From Caecitellus pseudoparvulus (taxonomy: Eukaryota > Protista > Bigyra: Bicosoecida), in contig CBFFRQ010000066.1 in assembly GCA_965644315.1 (NCBI GenBank), positions 186,001 through 250,000 of the forward strand: a stretch of 64,000 nucleotides of DNA, read 5' to 3'. The notes beneath the pieces were generated by a model. That model was not told the origin of the DNA. It searched no databases and saw only the letters and a list, made by a program, of their open reading frames with translations. Below are positions 30,825-44,046 of this stretch, one piece after another. Position 1 is the first letter of the stretch, and the number at the start of each line of letters is the position of its first letter. Made by a program: the position numbers and the translations under genes.

Positions 30825-33800
30825 ATGACGGGGGGCCCGTCTTTCTTAGTTGTTGTTGCGATTGGCATGGTGTTGATGGCCACGGTGAGGAGCTGCAGCT
30901 TCGCAAGCAGACGCGCCGCCTTGAGCGGCACTGCACTTCATCTGCGCTCCCCCGCCTCAGACGCAAGGCCAAGTACAGCACTTGGACAACAACCCAGCCT
31001 TTGACGTATACGCCGGTTGTCCACTTCATTGGCTGCTTCAGGGAGACACGTGTGTGGGAGCCGCTTCAGAAGCGTCAATGACGCTTGATGATGCCGTGCC
31101 GCAGTGCATGGCCTCTCATCCCTCAGGGGCTGGGCGGCTGGCAGCCTTCACTTCGTTCGATGATTTTCATTCAGCACTAGAGCATGCATTTCCAATCCCG
31201 CCCCAGGAGGGTGTCCTGGTCGCTGCGCACTACAATGCCTACGGTGAGGATGGAATCATTCGCGTCGCTGCGGCGTTCCACTCCACTCTCGCCTCGCGCT
31301 GCTGGTTCGCACAGAGGCCTCACTGGAGTGGTCCAACGGCGCAACCATTGATCCCGACACATTCCCTGTTGCGTTTGATCCGTCTGTTGTCGACGAGCCC
31401 TGTGTGCGGGCTGTGCACAGCGGGCACGGTTGGATGCTGGTGCAAGCCCGTGAGTCCTCCATCGATGCGCCCAGCGGGAAGCTTCCCGCGGGAAACACAT
31501 TTGCCCCTGTGCCTTCCCAGGCTGTGCTTCCGTCCCCTCTCAAGCCTTGTGTGCATGTCCGGTCCGCTTGGCCGTGGACGTAGCTCGAGAGCGTGTGTGG
31601 ATACCGGCCACCCCACAGGAAGGGGCAAGCTTCCCTGTCGCGTCGTCGACCTGCCGCGCGCTGGGTGCAGGCATTGCAGTTGCTCCTACAATGGTTCAAG
31701 CCCTGACAAGGACCTTCTACCCTGGAGTCCCTCAGGCTTGGCTTGGCTTTGACACTCGTTCACCGCATGGACCTTCGGCCGACCTGGTGTGGCAGCCACA
31801 GTTGGGTTTGGTGTCTGACGCGAGCACATTCGCCTATTTACAAGGCCTCAACGCCACTATTGAGCATGCTGTGCTCTTGAATACTTCATCTCTGCGGACC
31901 ACTGTTGCACCGGCTGCGGGGTCCAATGCTGTGGCTGTATGCGAACAACAGATTGCTGCCTTCTCTGACCCCCGCGCGTGCGCTCCAGGGTGGCACTTGG
32001 TTGAGGGTTGGTGCCTACGGGCCTTAGCTGGCAAGCAAAGCTTTTCAGCTGCTCTGGGGCACTGTTCCCGTCTGGACTCCACTGTGATTCGGCCCGGGCA
32101 GTCCTCAGGGGTTGACTCGGTGGTCAGCGCGGCACTGGCAGGTGCTGGCCAGCTGTACGCGGCCATCGTGGACCCAGCGAACCAGAGCGCAGTGCATGCG
32201 GGATTTGCATGGCACACCGGAGTGTGGAGGGATCTGTACACTGATGCTCTGCCTCCCGCTGCCATTGCTCCTGAAATGCCAGCTCATTCAGCATCCTCTG
32301 CCAACGTGGCCATGCTGACGTCGGCAACAGGGCCCAACGCTTCATTCTCGCTGGTCCTTGACACCAGTTTGCCTGGCACAGTGGCCATTTCTGTGTGTCA
32401 GCGCCCTGCTGGGCTGCACCAAGCTTTCCTCCCGCACTCCTTTTGCCCCCCAGGGTGGACGCCGGTGCAAGGCCAATGCTGGCGAGCGAGCACGCAGTCT
32501 TCTGTGTCACTCAAAGCTTCACAAGGAACGGCTCACACGACATGTAAAGCCATGGGTGGCTCTACCTTGGCAATGCCAAAGTCAACAGGCGCGCTTGCCC
32601 AGGCTGTGGCGCTGGCAGGTTTCGACGCTGATGAGGATGATACCAGTCAGGACACATGGTTGGGCGCGACTTGGTCTGGCGACATGATCTCGATTGCTGA
32701 CTCTGGCATTGCCCACTGCAGCGCAGATGTTCTTGCAGGATGGCCAGGTGCATCATGCCCAACCTTTTCCTCTGGGACAGGAGTTGCGCTTCGGGCGATG
32801 ACGGATGATGTTGCAGGCGCCTTCGTCACGCGCAGCACTCCCACTGCGCTTCCTTTCTTGTGTGCGATTCACCCAGAGGTTCAATGCTCCCCCGGCTTCC
32901 TTTACTTCCGCGACAAGTGCTACACACTCACGCCAACGTTGGGCCAGCTGCGGGATGTGGAGGCAGCGTGCAGCCAAAGTGTAGTCTCTCTGAACGGTGA
33001 TGCGTTCATCGCCCCCATCACAAGCAGAGACCACTGGGAGTGGATGAAGCTGCAGCCACAGCTTCTAAAGTTCGGAGCCACCGGGGATGACATAGTTGTT
33101 GGCCACAGGCTCGTGCAGTTGGCGCCTGCAGACCCTTTGCACCGCCTCGGTGCTCCGAAGACTAGCGTTGGAGGCTCCCGGCGCCGCTTGGCTCCCCGCG
33201 GCGCCCCCATTGTGCTCGACCACGCTTGCGCCAACATGACTGTCATGTGGGGAACGTCCACAGGCGAGACTGCAAGTTTCGTGCCGTGGGGCGGCTCGCA
33301 CGTGGGGGTCGCGCCTATGCAGCCCTCTCTGCCTTGCTCCTCACCCGGCTCGTGGCCTTGGGCTGCTCTCCCAGGGGGGCATTGGGGCTATATCCCAGCG
33401 GGTGACATAACACGCGCTATTGCGGTCATGGATGTGGATTCTACACCCCCCGCGACGCTTGTGCGCGCGCTGTGTGCCACTGTGGCCACTTCCAATGTGG
33501 ATTTTGCCGGCAACCCAGGGGCGTTGTGTGGCGGCTCATTCACGGCCGTTGCAGGCAAGTGCTTCCAAGTGAAGAACAGCGCCTTCTCAAAAAGCATTGG
33601 CGAGCTCACTGAAGACTTCTGCAGCACCGACCTAGACAGTGTCACAGCAGCCCTGCCGGGCTTCGCCGTTGGCCCGAGCGTCATGTCCCCCGCCCCTGTT
33701 TCCCCCGGAGCTGCCATCTTCACTGGACTGACCGCAAGGCATCTTCCCAGCGATAGCGAGTTGTTCGGCCGCCCTGATGCATATGTGTGGGCAGATGGAA

Positions 33801-36800
33801 CACTGCACACCTCTTCTCAGTGGGTGACAGGGCAGCCTGACAACCCTAACCACCGCTGCGTGGCAGCCCCACAGGCAGTCGGCGCGTACCTGCAGGACAC
33901 TGCATGCGGTGACCGAGCTGGAGGGTCCGTGTCTGGTGTGAAAGCCATTGCGTGCTCCAAGCCTCTTCATGCGCCCTGCCCTTCAGGCTGGACGTTCATG
34001 CGGCTGCACGGCAATGCTGGGGAGGGCATGTCAGCCGGCAAGTGCTACATTCTCTCGAGTAGCTCTTACACAAAGACGAGTGCCTTGAGCGCGTGTGCTA
34101 CTGCATTTCCGTTTCTGAACTCGAACATTGCTGTCATCAACTCATACTGGGAAGCACAGCACCTAATCGGCAGGGCATCAAGTTTATTGGGACTCGGCTC
34201 TGATGTTTGGGTGCATGTGGACAGCCCTTGGCCTGCTGAAGTGGATGCAGGGTCCTTGTCTTTAAACGGAGACGGAAGCATCAATTTTGGAGCATCCCCT
34301 CACTCTTGTTATGCAGTGGGAACACCTTTGCTTGGTGGCGACCCCAGGTTTGCCTTCGTGAGTTGTGGCAGCAGCAATCCTGTCATCTGCGAGATGGATG
34401 CTTTGTTCACGACGTCGCCGGCGCAAGCTGATTCTATTGCCTACTTCCCTCCTTGCGATCGCCATGCCAGCTCCGCGATCCAGCCAGCTTGCTTGCAGCC
34501 AATGCCATCGCCTGGTTCTGATTGGCACCCTGTGCTTCCTTCGCCGAGCAGCTCTCCACGACCAACGCCGTCGGTGTCAGGCTCTCCGTCAACCTCCGGT
34601 ACGCCCTCCTCATCTTCAAGTCCTTCTCTGACACCATCCCCATCGGGTTCGAGCACACCAACGCCGACAGGATCTGGAGCAGCCACGGTATCGGGCACAC
34701 CACACCCCACCGGCTCACCCACGTTGACTGGGACACCCTCCTCGTCGCAAACTAGCTCGCCCACTCCATCTAGCTCTGCTTCAGCTACGGCCACTACCAC
34801 TGCTACAGTGTCTGCAGCTGCAACGTCGACAACCACTGCCAGTGCCGACCCTTCATTGAGCAGCACTGTCTCGAGCTCCGCGAGCACGTCTCCGTCAAAG
34901 TCAGGCACAGGACCCCCCCAGGCCAGTGGATCTGCCACTCCATCAGCATCAGCCTCTGGCTCCATGGCATCGACTGTATCGTCAAGTGCACGGCCAAGTG
35001 CATCGTCATCTGCCACGGCATCAGCTTCGAGCTCTGCTACCCCATCCAACCCAAGCACTGCATCCAGCTCCCCGTCTCCCACGGCTCTCATGCACGTGCC
35101 CATGCCACCTCTGAGGACTGACCGAGTGCTTGTCACTGTGCAGGTGCCTGTTCGCGCGGGGCTTGACGCAATTGGAACGGCAACAGCGTTGACTGCCCTC
35201 CGTCAAGCAGCCCTGCACCTGCTCCATTCGGCGGCAGCCATGGCAACCAATGCGACTGAAAACAGCCTACCCTTATCGCTGCTCGCTTTTCTCTCCTTTA
35301 TTGCAGAGGACGCTGTGTGGGACGTTGCGCACTTCCCACCGACACACACCGCGGGTATGTCCTTGCTGCCGCTTACACTTGCCGTCCCTGCACGGGCGGG
35401 ATCCCCCGGCAGAGCCAGGCGTCTCACGCAACAGGATGCACTCCACCGCTGGCTCCGGGAGGATGTGTCACCAGACCAACGAGGGGTGCTTTCTGCGGCA
35501 CTGGTTCACCACCTTCTGAATAATTCCCGCATTGCAAGTCTTGCACCAGGCGCTGCACCGCTGCATGCAAGCTGGCAGGCATCATGCTCCACTGCAAGAG
35601 CACAAGAAGCCTGTGCTCTGCAGGGGGCGGCATGTGGTATGGCATCGGCAGCAAGTGCAGCATGGTGCATGGATTCTCCAGCGTCGGTTGATGTGCAGGT
35701 GGGCTCAGCTCCGGCACGTTCCTTGTCTGCTCAGCGTGCTGATGAAGAGCTTCAGGCTCTAGAGGCCGAGAGGGTAAGTGGACTTCAGACACCTAGCACC
35801 ACGGGCACCGCCGAAACTCGGGGGAGTATGAGCCCAGGCATTGTTCTGGCAATCGCTGGGGCTTGTGTTCTGTTAATGGGTGGGGTTCTCTTCTACGTGT
35901 ACCGCCAGCAGTTTGGCGTGGGGGCAGCAAGCGCTCCATCCTCCAAGGTAGTCCCCATGCCTGACAAGCAGAGCCCTGCTGAACCGCCACCTGCTCCTTG
36001 TACAGCCCCACAACCAGTGTGCGAGTTGCAGCATCGAGCCGAGCCACGCGAACGAGCCCCCCCTCATGACGTGCCAGATTTCGCCCTGCAGCCCTTCAAG
36101 GTGGATGAGCCCCGTGTGGCCAGCCCACTACGCCCGTTGGCACCCTTGTCCCCTCTGGATGGACAAGTTGACTCAGGCACTGCAAGGCAGCTTCCCCGGC
36201 GTCAACACCTTGCGCCTCTTCGCCCATCTTTAAGACCGTTGGCCCCTTTCTCGCTACATACACTGTCACTGTCGAATGCCAGCGAGCAAGGGCGAGGTGC
36301 AGGTTTGCCCCACAGTCCAAGTAGGCAGCCAGAGACACCCTTTACCTTTGAAGGGGAGGGGGGGTCAAGTCGAGGCCCCGGCTCTGCTTTCACTGCACCC
36401 TCACTTGTGGTTCCAGCACCCCATCGTGGTCCTTCCACACCTGCTTATCGAGACCCTTTCGCTTCGGCTCTCATGCCAGACGCACTTACGGTAGAAGATT
36501 CTGAGGCATCGCTGTATGCCTTTGAGACAGAGGCTGCCTCAGAGGAAGTACCGCCGCTGCCAGTTTCTTTTGGGCCGGGCATGGACGAGGAGGACGTCTC
36601 AGTCATGGATAACCTTCCAGTTTCGGGACGCCTCAAGCGAAGCCAGATGGCCCGCGGAGCCTGCGGAAGCGAGAAGTCCTCGTCCCTGGACAGCTCAGCG
36701 TGGGAAGTGGATCATGTCAGCGAAATGTTCCTCTCCCAGCCACTGCGCTTGCCGTCCAGGGGGCGCATGTCCAAGACTTCTTCCGCAGCTGGCAGCGTGG

Positions 36801-36994
36801 CATCAGGCATAGCTTCCAGCTTAGGGGCCATGACTCTTGACATGTCGACCTCGCGCAGCACTTCCAATGGTGGTAGCACTTGTGAGCCCTCTGGTGGTGG
36901 CCAGCCATCGGCTCCTGCAGCGTCGACGCAGCACTCTACATCCATCTTGGCTCCGTTTGGACCTGCAGCTGATGCCCAAGACGAATATCCTTGA
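30825..36994 (+). CDS. Multi-C-type-lectin mucin-stalk type-I membrane protein, paralog C; exons 30825-30884, 30961-31243, 31315-31449, 31521-36994; 1983 aa
   Basis: Signal MTGGPSFLVVVAIGMVLMAT, 7 CTLD-like modules (CPLHW, CAPGW, CPPGW, CSPGF, CGGSF, CPSGW), one with WADG...WVTGQPDN; S/T/P stalk; TM (IVLAIAGACVLLMGGVLFYVY). Three GT-AG introns give a continuous frame. Confidence 0.87.
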
Positions 36995-37431
36995 CAAGCA
37001 CTCAGCCCCGCTTGTGTGGTGATGTGATTTTATTCTAATTCAATGCTTTCTGCCATGCCACTTCACCCTCTCTCCAGTCCCTGACGTGTAGCAGGGGCGG
37101 CGTACAGATGCGTCTGAAGGGGTGGGCACGCGCGCCTTCGACATTGCAACACAAATCCCCTACAATCTCCTGCAGCTGTCACCACAGCTACGAGGCTTGT
37201 TCTGTGTTGTCATGATAGTGGTTCGTGCGAGCCACGATCAGGTCCCCGCACGGGAGGAAGGAGGCGGCGGCAGGCCTGCACCACACGCCGCTTCCCAACG
37301 CGCCGCCAGTCCATTGAGGCAGAAGCTCTTCGCACGCGAGCCATTCTTCAATCCCATATACTAGCGCCCCGCACCGCTCTTTGAAGGGCCTTGGAGCCCA
37401 TTGCCTGCCCCCCGGCAGCCTTCGCGTTGTC

Positions 37432-40400
37432 ATGCCGACAGGTCGCTGTGCGAGGTTTGGCTTGATGGGCGACTTGGCCGGAGCAGCCCAGTTGTTTCTT
37501 CCCTTCACCATGTGGATGGCATTGGTATGTCAAGTGTGTTGTGTTCTGCCCCAGCTTGCCGCTCTGAATCTTCGTCCTCTCGTGCGCAGGGCGCTGTGGC
37601 AATGAGCGTCTCCCCAGCACGCCCCGAGGCTGCTGAGGCAGAAACCCCAGCTGCCTTCAGCTCGTGCCCTGCAGGTTACACTTTGGGAAGTGGGCCATTC
37701 TGCTATAAATTGGGCGTGCATGGCATCCAGGCAGGGGATGCAATGTCCGGCACAGGCTTCAAGCAAGCCTGTGGATACAGCCCAGGGCAGCCTGTGCCTC
37801 GCCTGGCTCAGGCCCTGGCCAACGACAGCGTGTCTGGTTTGGCCAGCTCGCTGTTGCAGCCTTCGGCGCTGTATGCCATTGGCGTCTTCTTCGATTCCAG
37901 GCGTGAGTGTGCCATGCGCATGCTGGCCATCGACTCGCCTGCACGCCTCTCCCATTTGAGTGCAGACAAACTTGTCCGCTTCGGATCGGGGGCCGTGGTG
38001 GACCCCGCGCTGCTTGGCCAGCATCTTGACCCAACAAGTTCACAGCAGTGCTGGGCATTGGAGCTCGCTATGAACCACTCAATGGCCATCTCTGTCCCCA
38101 AGCTCCAGCAAGTTGGTGCGTCAGCCTCCCGCGGAGAGGGTGCCGCGTGAGGCCCGGCGCCATATGTACCCCACACACTGCTTGCAGATTGTTCGACTCT
38201 ATTGGTGCCCGTTTGCGAGGTGCCCCAAATGGGGATGCGATTTGAATCATTTCAAATGGTGGCAAGTTCAGAGGGCGTGGGGCAAAGCTGGCCGGGCAGC
38301 GTCAGCACTTGCCGTGCGTTGGGCGGGCGGCTCCCAAAGTTGTGGGAAGCTGTCAATGCTTCAGTCATCGCAGGGGCCCCGCTCCCAGACTTGTATTGGG
38401 TGGGAGTTCAAAGCCTTCCCCCCTTGCAAGGGACTTCAGCCAGCTATCTTACAGATACCGGCCTGGCCATTGCTGAGCGTGGCAGCGCTCCCCCATCGTC
38501 TTTGACTCCGCCTCCTTGCAGTTCGTGCAGCATGTGCTTGGCCTTCTCCGCAACAGACCTGTCCTTGGTGTGGCGAGAATGTAGCACGACGTTGCCGACA
38601 GTCTGCTCGCAAGACTTGAATTCGTCTATGCTGACTTTGAAGCCGTGCCCAGCTGGGTGGAGTTTGGTTGGGGGTGAATGCCTTCGACGTGAGGGCAGGC
38701 AGCTATCGTTTAAAGCGTCTGTCGCAGCTTGCAATGACGCTTCAGCACAGTTGTACATGCCAGGGTTAGTTCCTGAGGTAGACAGGGTCCTTGAGTCTGA
38801 TTTTCTTGCCCCAACTGCCCTAGAACCTGTGCCGAGGCTGTGGAGTGATGCAGTTGCACAGGGTGAGTCCCTGCTTTCCTGGACAACTGGAGAGGTTGTT
38901 AGTCCACTTTCCCCTGGCATAACTGCAGCTTTTGGAGCGGTTGGCTTGCTTGTTCGCGAAGTACCGCCAGGCACGACAGGTGCTGAGGAGGCAGTTTCCA
39001 CAGCAGCGTCGTCGAGCGTCTGTAGCATGCCGGCTCATTCCTGGCACGAAGACTACAGCATTGGTATATGCCAGCGTGGATGGTTTCCGGTGCTTGGCAG
39101 CTGTGTGCGGTTTGGGAGGGAGGCGCTGACGTCGGCCGACGCATGGCAGGTCTGCCGGGGAATGGGCGGCTCAGGGCTCTTTGCCCCACGAAGCCACCTG
39201 GAAGTGGAAGTGCTGGGTGCTTTGCTGCGATCCAAATCGTTGAATCAGTCCGTAAGCTCTGAGCTTTGGCTTGGCGTGCATGAGCGGCGGGGCGGACACT
39301 GGGTCAGCTTGCAGAATCCGCAGCTGAACTTCAGCGAGGCGCTTGTGCAGCATTCGCAGAGCCCCGCTTCACCACAAACCTCAGCCTTGCCACCGACGTT
39401 TGGGACAGAAGTGCAGTTTCGTTTCCAGGGGTTTGCCACTGCGCTTGCAAGTTCGGCTGAGCCATGCTCCAGTGGCTGCTGGCCTGACGCACCTCTCCGT
39501 CGAGCTGCGACTCTGGATGCAGCATCAGGTTTCATGCGACCCAGAAATGCGAGCTCAAAGTTCAGTTTTGTGTGTGAGGCTCGTCCTGACTTGTTGTGCC
39601 CTGCTGCCTGGAAGTTCTACAGCGGGCAGTGCTTCATTGCACAGCAGCAAGCAAAACTGTCCGACTACTTCCCGCCCATGTCGGGCATTCCAGGCGCACC
39701 GCAGCAAAAGTCATACCTTCATGCCAGTGTGAGTGTGGAGGACTCAAATGGACCCTGTGAACCCGCTTCGCTGCCTTCCACTCGACACAGGCGGTGGGCA
39801 AGTGCTTGGCTGCCTGGTCCAGCGGGACGTCCAGTGCTCACTGCCACGATCTCGGCTCGGCGTGCAAGCGGGTTTCGTGTGGTGGCAAATCACTCTGACT
39901 GGAACGACTGGTTCAGCAATCCTGCCTGGCACGGCTCGCTCTGGCCGTCAACAGGCCCAGACCGAGCCCTCGTGCCAGCCACCTCACGCAAGGCTGTATC
40001 CGCCGTATCCGGAGAGGATGCACTTCAGTTGGTTCAAATTTCTGACCTTCCATCATACATGTCAGTGCTACGGTTATCTGCTGCGGTGCCGCAGGATGTG
40101 CCCGGCGGGCCGCTTCATCTCAGCACTCCTATCTGCGAGCAGGGGTGGGTACGGGTGGGTGGCAAGTGTATTGTCTTTGCCCCTATACTCGGTGCGCCGG
40201 CCCCTTCGATCGAAGTTGCGATTGCCGCATGTGCTCGTGAAGGAGGCGACCTTTTTCACGCTGGAGGTTTATATTTGCCCGGCCTTGTCGCCGCCTGGCT
40301 GGTTCGTTGGTCAGCCGAGGGACAGCAGACTGGTCTGCGCTTTCATGCGCCAAGTGGCTTGTTGCCGCTCCCACTCCCACCTTCGCCAGTGGCTTGGATA

Positions 40401-43400
40401 TGGGCTCCAGAGGTTGGCTCGCTCGTTGGGCAGCGAGTGCCTGTTCAAGATGCGGGCGGTGTGATTTGGCACCAGCACCACCCCCGACAAAGCCATGCCT
40501 GTCGCGGCCTGGCGGCCGATGGCTCAGTGCACAGCTTGCCTTGCGCAAGCAATTCTTCATCTCCTTTGTGGGCGGTGTGCACACGGGAAGCCCTTAACCC
40601 CTGCCCAGAGTCCTGGAGTTTGTTCAAGGGAAGGGGGGAACACTTGCAACCTGGGTGTGTCAAAGTGCTGCAAGAAGAGTACACCCAAGCTGAGGCCCAG
40701 GCCGCCTGCAGCGCGCAGCTGCCTGGCATGGGCTCAGACCTTTTTCCCTTGTTCATCGGTGCCATTCCTTCGCCTTTGAAGCGTGAGGCCGTTGCCGCGA
40801 GCACTGTCCCAGGTGGGGGCATGTGGGTCAAGGGCGTGATTCCAGGCTCGCCCTGCTTTGGCCAAGCACTGCAGTTTGACTCTACACAAGGGGAGCTGGG
40901 GTTCTTGTTTAAGTTCTGCTCTTCGAGGGCCCCCGCCCTCTGCTTCATCCATGTCCCGACGGCTGTGGAGGATGAACTCGGCCCTCCAGTAGACTTGGTC
41001 GCCGAAGCAGGCGAGGGCCATGGCGACCTGCAAGACTGCATCGCATGTTTCCCCGGGACACATTCACCCCCTGATCCAAGTATGCCACCCCAGCCGTCAC
41101 CTTCTGTAACGCCGCCGTCCATGACGGTCTCGAGTTCAGCAACTGCTGCTCAGTCGCCCAGTGCTTCGCACTCTCCCTCAGCAAGCATGTCCTCTAGCGT
41201 CGCCCCCACTTCCTCTCCACACGCCACATCGACCCCATCCCGCACCCCAAGCAGCTCTGCATTTTCATCCCTCTCCTCCATTTCGCCCACGCCCACGATC
41301 TCTCTTGCCTTGTTGCAGACCAGCTCGCAAGTGGCTGGGACCCCTGCTCCCTCGCAAGGCTCCCCACCTGGTCACGCGCCATCCATGGCAGCATCCTCAT
41401 CACCATCAAGTACTACATCTCCATCCAGTACTTCAAGTTGCAGTTTGACGCAGCCGGTCATATCTCAGCTCAGCTCGCCATCACAGGCAGCCTCACGCAC
41501 ACCAACGGCTAGTGCCTCCTTTCCGTCCGCATCAGCCTCCTCTGCTGCACCCACTCCACCCACAGAGGTGCCACCACAGCCCAACTCTAGCTCCCCAGCT
41601 CCCTTTCCCCTCCCTTCATCTCAGGGAAGCCCTTCACCACACGTTGTTGCCAGCGCATCCATCGCACCCACCGGCACCCCAAGCCATTCGCTCCCGGCAT
41701 CACCAGTCAGCGGACTGGAGGCTGGCATTTCGGGAACTGTGAGGGTTTTTGGAGAGTTGGAGGTAGTGGTCGGTGGACCATCCTTGTTGCAGTCGTTGTG
41801 GGTGCAGGCTTTCTTCGCAGAAGCAGCTGACCTGCAGTGGAGCAGCATGCTGGAGGAGCGTTTGCACGCCTTGCGAGCGTCTTCCGGCCGTAGGGGAGCC
41901 AAGGCAGAGGAATTGTTGCTGGATGCAGTTCTCTCCCTCACAGCCTCGAGATGGGATGGTATGCATGTTTGGGTGTTTGCTAAAGCCCCGCTGCAGGGAG
42001 CAGTGTGCCAAGGCTCTGGCGGGCCTGCTTGTGGAGCACAGGTCACTTTCGGCCTTGACCTTCCTGTTGCCGACGAAACGCAGGATGCAGCAGTGCACGG
42101 TGCAAGGCGAAGGCAGCTCGGCTTATCACCTTCCGAAGAGGATTCAGCGGCAGTTGCGGCGTCGCTCTTGCTGTTGGGGTTGAACGCCACCTTGTCTGCG
42201 CCAGAGCCACACCGCACGTTGTCCAGCGCCATCCGTCACGCATTCCGGGCGGAAGGAAACCTGCCTTCGGAGTCTCAGGTGTCCGAGGATTGTGTCAGTC
42301 TCCTGCCTTTGGCAGAGGCAAGCTCAGGCCTGTGCGCCACACCGCCCACGCAGGTCACGGTTGTATGGGCTGGCAAAGAGCCGCGCGTGATCGGGGCTGG
42401 CGCTGCTGCAACCCAGGTGCTATCTCTGCACGACAGAGTGCATGCCACCAGTCAGTCAGACGGCGGCTCTGGGACCCTCCCAGCATACGTTGTTGGACTG
42501 TTCATTGGCTTGCCTGCCGCGATCGTGCTGGCGGCCGCAGTGTACGCCTGGCGAGGATTTGCAAGCGGCGCCGGTGCCGCAGTCTTGCCCGCACCTCCGT
42601 CGCCAGCGATCCTTAAATCGGTGGCTCCAAGTGCCACAAGTGGGCCACAACTACAAGCAGAGGTCCCCTTCTCGAAGCAAGCGGCCGGGGTTTCCCCCTT
42701 CCGCTTCTCATCGTCTGAGGAGCCGATTGGTCTCGGGCATTCTCCGCTTGCCCGTGCTCCCGCCTCACGAGAGCCATTCGTTTGGGACTGTGCGAATGCT
42801 CGCAGCGCAGTGTTGTCTTCTTCCACAGATTCTCAGGTATTTGCTGAAATGTGGGGGCCCCTAGGAGAACATGTGGAAAACACTGACTCTGGCTTTCTGC
42901 CTGTGCGTCTGAAACAAGGCGGGGGTTGCTCGCCGAAGCCAGGCGGCAGCTCAAGCCTTTGGCACCCATCGTTCCAGGCTCCGCGGCAAAGTACTCTCCC
43001 TCTCCACCTTGCGCCAGGGCGGGCTCCCCTCGGGCAGCTATGCCAGCCTGGCACAGCTCTAGTGTCCTCTGAAGGCAGCACCTTGTACATGCCTGGAACT
43101 GGTCAGTCTTGCACTGACTTGGAGTCGGGGACACTTGTCCCCGTGGAAGACCGTCCACCTCGAACGCTTCCTCAGTCGGGCAGCTCAGAGGAATGCTCGT
43201 CAGGGCACTGGTGGCCGCAGCCAACTGCGCTCCTGGCCCAAACGCCTGGGCGAGTCCGCATTGCACCAGGCGCCAAGCATGCTGATTTTGACTCCTTTGC
43301 ACAAAAACAGGCGTTGCTGGTCGATGTAGAAGGTCGCCAGCAGCGTGCACGTTCAAGGTCTGCAAGAGCTTCAGCTTTGTTCCGCAACTCAATTGGGATA

Positions 43401-43955
43401 CACCGAAAGGCATTCGAGGTGGATGGCGGCTCTCGGACGGAAAGGGCCACCCCACAGCTCCCGCCAGGTGTGCACGTTTCACGCCGGTACTTGGCAAAAC
43501 TTGCTCGCCGGAGAGCAGCCGGCGACAGCAGCTCAGGGGAGGACAGTTGGGGCTCGGACGGTGCTTTGAGCGTACGGACGGTGTCTGGGGACAGTGACCT
43601 CGCACGCGAGCTAGGCATTAGCGGTGACCCTGGCACACTTCGCCCTACACCGCAACTTGCCGAGTTAGTGCGAGCCAGTCTTGTAGGCAGCCCAGCAGAG
43701 ATGAAGCCAGAGCCAGCCTTGCGCACCTTGCATCAAGCGCCCCCCCCGTCAACAACATCTAGCAGCCCCCTGGACCAGATGGAGTCAGCATCTGATAGCT
43801 GGCAATGGCAGCCATCGTGGGCAGTGGCGACCAGCCGTGACGGAACAGACAATTTGTCTTTTGGGTGGGATGATGAGATGGTGGGGGAGGCGATGCCCGC
43901 CTCCGCTTCTGTTGGGGCACTCGCACCGAGCGGTGTTGTCAGGAGCGGCAAGTAA
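37432..43955 (+). CDS. Multi-C-type-lectin mucin-stalk type-I membrane protein, paralog D; exons 37432-37524, 37590-37902, 37966-38115, 38188-43955; ~2107 aa
   Basis: Hydrophobic leader (ATG 37432 or 37465), 7 CTLD-like modules (CPAGY, CPAGW, CQRGW, CPAAW, CEQGW, CPESW; YWVGV, LWLGV), S/T/P stalk, TM (YVVGLFIGLPAAIVLAAAVYAW) and a long tail. Introns 37525-37589, 37903-37965 and 38116-38187. Confidence 0.85.
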
Positions 43956-44046
43956 ATGGGAGCGGATGAACTCGTCTTCATGCATTGTACATAGTATAGG
44001 GACAGCATGGTCTCAAGTTGGGACTGAGCGCAGTGAGACGAGCAAG

